This document shows positions 62,260 through 64,000 of a stretch of DNA of 64,000 nucleotides, piece after piece. This DNA comes from Psammoneis japonica (Eukaryota), in assembly GCA_008632985.1 (NCBI GenBank), contig QPGO01000017.1:434001-498000 (forward strand). Direction: 5' to 3'. Position 1 is the first letter of the stretch. The number at the start of each line of letters is the position of its first letter. The notes below the pieces were generated by a model. It was not told the origin of the DNA. It ran no database searches and was given only the letters and a program-made list of their open reading frames with translations. The translations under genes and the position numbers were made by a program.

Positions 62260-63564
62260 CTAGCATTCCTCAGCTTGCTGATATTTCTGAACTTGACCGT
62301 CGAATCGAGGGCGCTGTTGCTCCCAGTACTGCAACTGAAGTTGTGCTTGTTCCGGGAAAGCCGCACAAACAGACAAATCATCCTCCACTTTCGAGCGCCA
62401 ACCGTTCTGGCATTTCTCTGCCACCTGCTGCAGCAGCATGAGGATAACCTCAGGCGTCACAACTGTATCTCCATTAAAGACGTGATCTAGTCGAGATCTT
62501 TCTATGTAACCAAAGGATTGGATCAAGTACAAGATGAACGTGCGAGCATGCTGTATCGGAACTGGTAGCGCCAAGAGACGGGATTGTAGCACAAAGTTGC
62601 CCCGTAAAAAGACTGCGCAACTAGACAAGGCCTCTAAAAGCGAGTAGTCGCTTACAATCGATGGAACACGAGCACGTAAGACCGAGAAGGGTATAGGCCA
62701 ACCTCGATGCATGAATGAGGTTAGCTTCCCACAAAGTAGCGTCACGTCTCCATTGCGAAAATCCGTTTCCTCCATGGCTGATGCCCCAGTCCCCGACCCC
62801 GCCGTCACATAATTAAGACTATGGACGTAACTCACACTTTCATCGTTGGTAGGTGGCGACGTGTGGATACTGCTAGTTGTATTTTGTTCGTGTGAAGAGG
62901 GGCAAACCACTGACTGTAGCACACGACCGTGGGTCGGAGTGCCAGGCCCATGCACTGCCAGAAACTGCCATTCTTCTCCTTCTTCACTGGCTTTCTTATA
63001 AGCATAGCTGCTCTGTCTTGCCAAAGCCGCTCGTTCGGATTCCTTCTTTTGAAACATCACGGGTTTCTTTTCAAGCTTTTTCGGTTCTTCTTCTTCTTCA
63101 GGAAGGAGCGAATCGCCGGATGCCTCGTCAATATGGCTAAAGTCAGGCCGCATCTGAGATATATGTGACAGCGGAATGAGGTGGAGAGCCTTTTTCTGCG
63201 TGACTGAGGAGATTTCCATTTTCCCCAACGCCATATGCGTCGAAATTGGAATCGTATGACTGGTGTGCGTTCGATGTGACAAGTTTATCTCGTCTGGTAA
63301 GTACGAGCGTTCGTGTGTAGCAGGGATGCCCTGGTCAAGTTCCAGCATTCCGTGCCTTGGCTTGATACGAGCAGCCTGGGGGAGGGAGACCGAGCCGTGC
63401 TGCAGAGGAAACTGAATTAAATGAAACTGAGGCGCCAAGCTTGGAGACAAGTACACATCGATTTCCTCGATAATTTCATCATCATCGTCGAGTTGCACTG
63501 AATCTGAATCCATGGGGATGGGATCATCATTCAAAGGTTCAGTCTTGACTGGTGCACCCATCAT
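62260..63564 (-). CDS. POLR3E: RNA polymerase III subunit RPC5 (Sin/Rpc37 family)
   Basis: DDEIIEEIDVYLS, LIQFPL, ARIKP and LHLIPLSHISQMRPDFSHID. Confidence 0.85.
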   Translation of the reverse strand: MMGAPVKTEPLNDDPIPMDSDSVQLDDDDEIIEEIDVYLSPSLAPQFHLIQFPLQHGSVSLPQAARIKPRHGMLELDQGIPATHERSYLPDEINLSHRTHTSHTIPISTHMALGKMEISSVTQKKALHLIPLSHISQMRPDFSHIDEASGDSLLPEEEEEPKKLEKKPVMFQKKESERAALARQSSYAYKKASEEGEEWQFLAVHGPGTPTHGRVLQSVVCPSSHEQNTTSSIHTSPPTNDESVSYVHSLNYVTAGSGTGASAMEETDFRNGDVTLLCGKLTSFMHRGWPIPFSVLRARVPSIVSDYSLLEALSSCAVFLRGNFVLQSRLLALPVPIQHARTFILYLIQSFGYIERSRLDHVFNGDTVVTPEVILMLLQQVAEKCQNGWRSKVEDDLSVCAAFPEQAQLQLQYWEQQRPRFDGQVQKYQQAEEC

Positions 63565-63774
63565 TAGAAAATACTCTCTAATGTTACGTGTACTTCTCTA
63601 TTGACTGCAGCACGATGGCAGAGATGACGGAAAGTCAATCAAGAGTGCCATTGTGGGGAGTTCCAACTGAGAGTGGGAGGGACAAGTCGTCTTTACGGGC
63701 GGCGGACATACAAAGATCTACCGGTACACGTGCGTCTGTCCATCCGTCCATCCTTGTACCGGTGCTGTAAGAGG

Positions 63775-64000
63775 AGCTCAAAGCTCTCAAAACCATCCTC
63801 GCTCGCGTTCACAGCAAAAAAGATGGCGGTCCGCATCACTGGGCGGGCATGCAACCATGGACAGCAGACAGCAGCAGGGAGATGAACTGAACAACAGCAC
63901 AGGACATCCATGAATGCCAAAAGCAAAAGGCAGGGACACTCACAAAATGGGACGGGGATGCACGAATGCGAGCGCGGGGTTCTTTCCTCCTGCCCCCCCC
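63775..64000. other. Probable start of another TpA-free block
   Basis: No TA seen in the last ~225 nt, CpG retained; ends in a C run. Confidence 0.5.

Noticed and set aside
12488..63564. Functional RNA-processing gene cluster (LSM2, tRNA, CCA1, RPC5)
   Set aside because: Spread over 50 kb among unrelated housekeeping genes; no evidence of co-regulation.

Overview
Eukaryotic nuclear DNA, inferred to be from a diatom or related stramenopile (short GT-AG introns, mitochondrial-type HslU, RNI-like LRR protein). Gene-dense stretches encode a TLC-domain protein, NTAQ1, ATG11, LSM2, CCA-adding enzyme, MCM3, polo-like kinase, AMP deaminase, two UBC-fold proteins, a fused FetB-FetA ABC transporter, an LRR protein, HslU, prolyl 4-hydroxylase and RPC5. 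These alternate with sharply bounded blocks (about 1-1.5, 13.3-24.95, 47.75-54.3, 59.3-60.95 and 63.8-64 kb) that have lost almost all TpA, often also CpG, and are enriched in TpG/CpA. A glutathionyl-hydroquinone reductase pseudogene inside one block has conserved Tyr codons changed to Cys or His. This points to a directed TpA->TpG/CpA hypermutation, the reverse of fungal RIP. At the edge of the largest block is a circularly permuted tRNA-Ile(UAU) gene with a BHB-like processing motif. Also present are a gene built from tandem symmetric exon-intron duplications and two unassigned structured-RNA candidates. Protein identities come from motif recognition by eye, not database searches.
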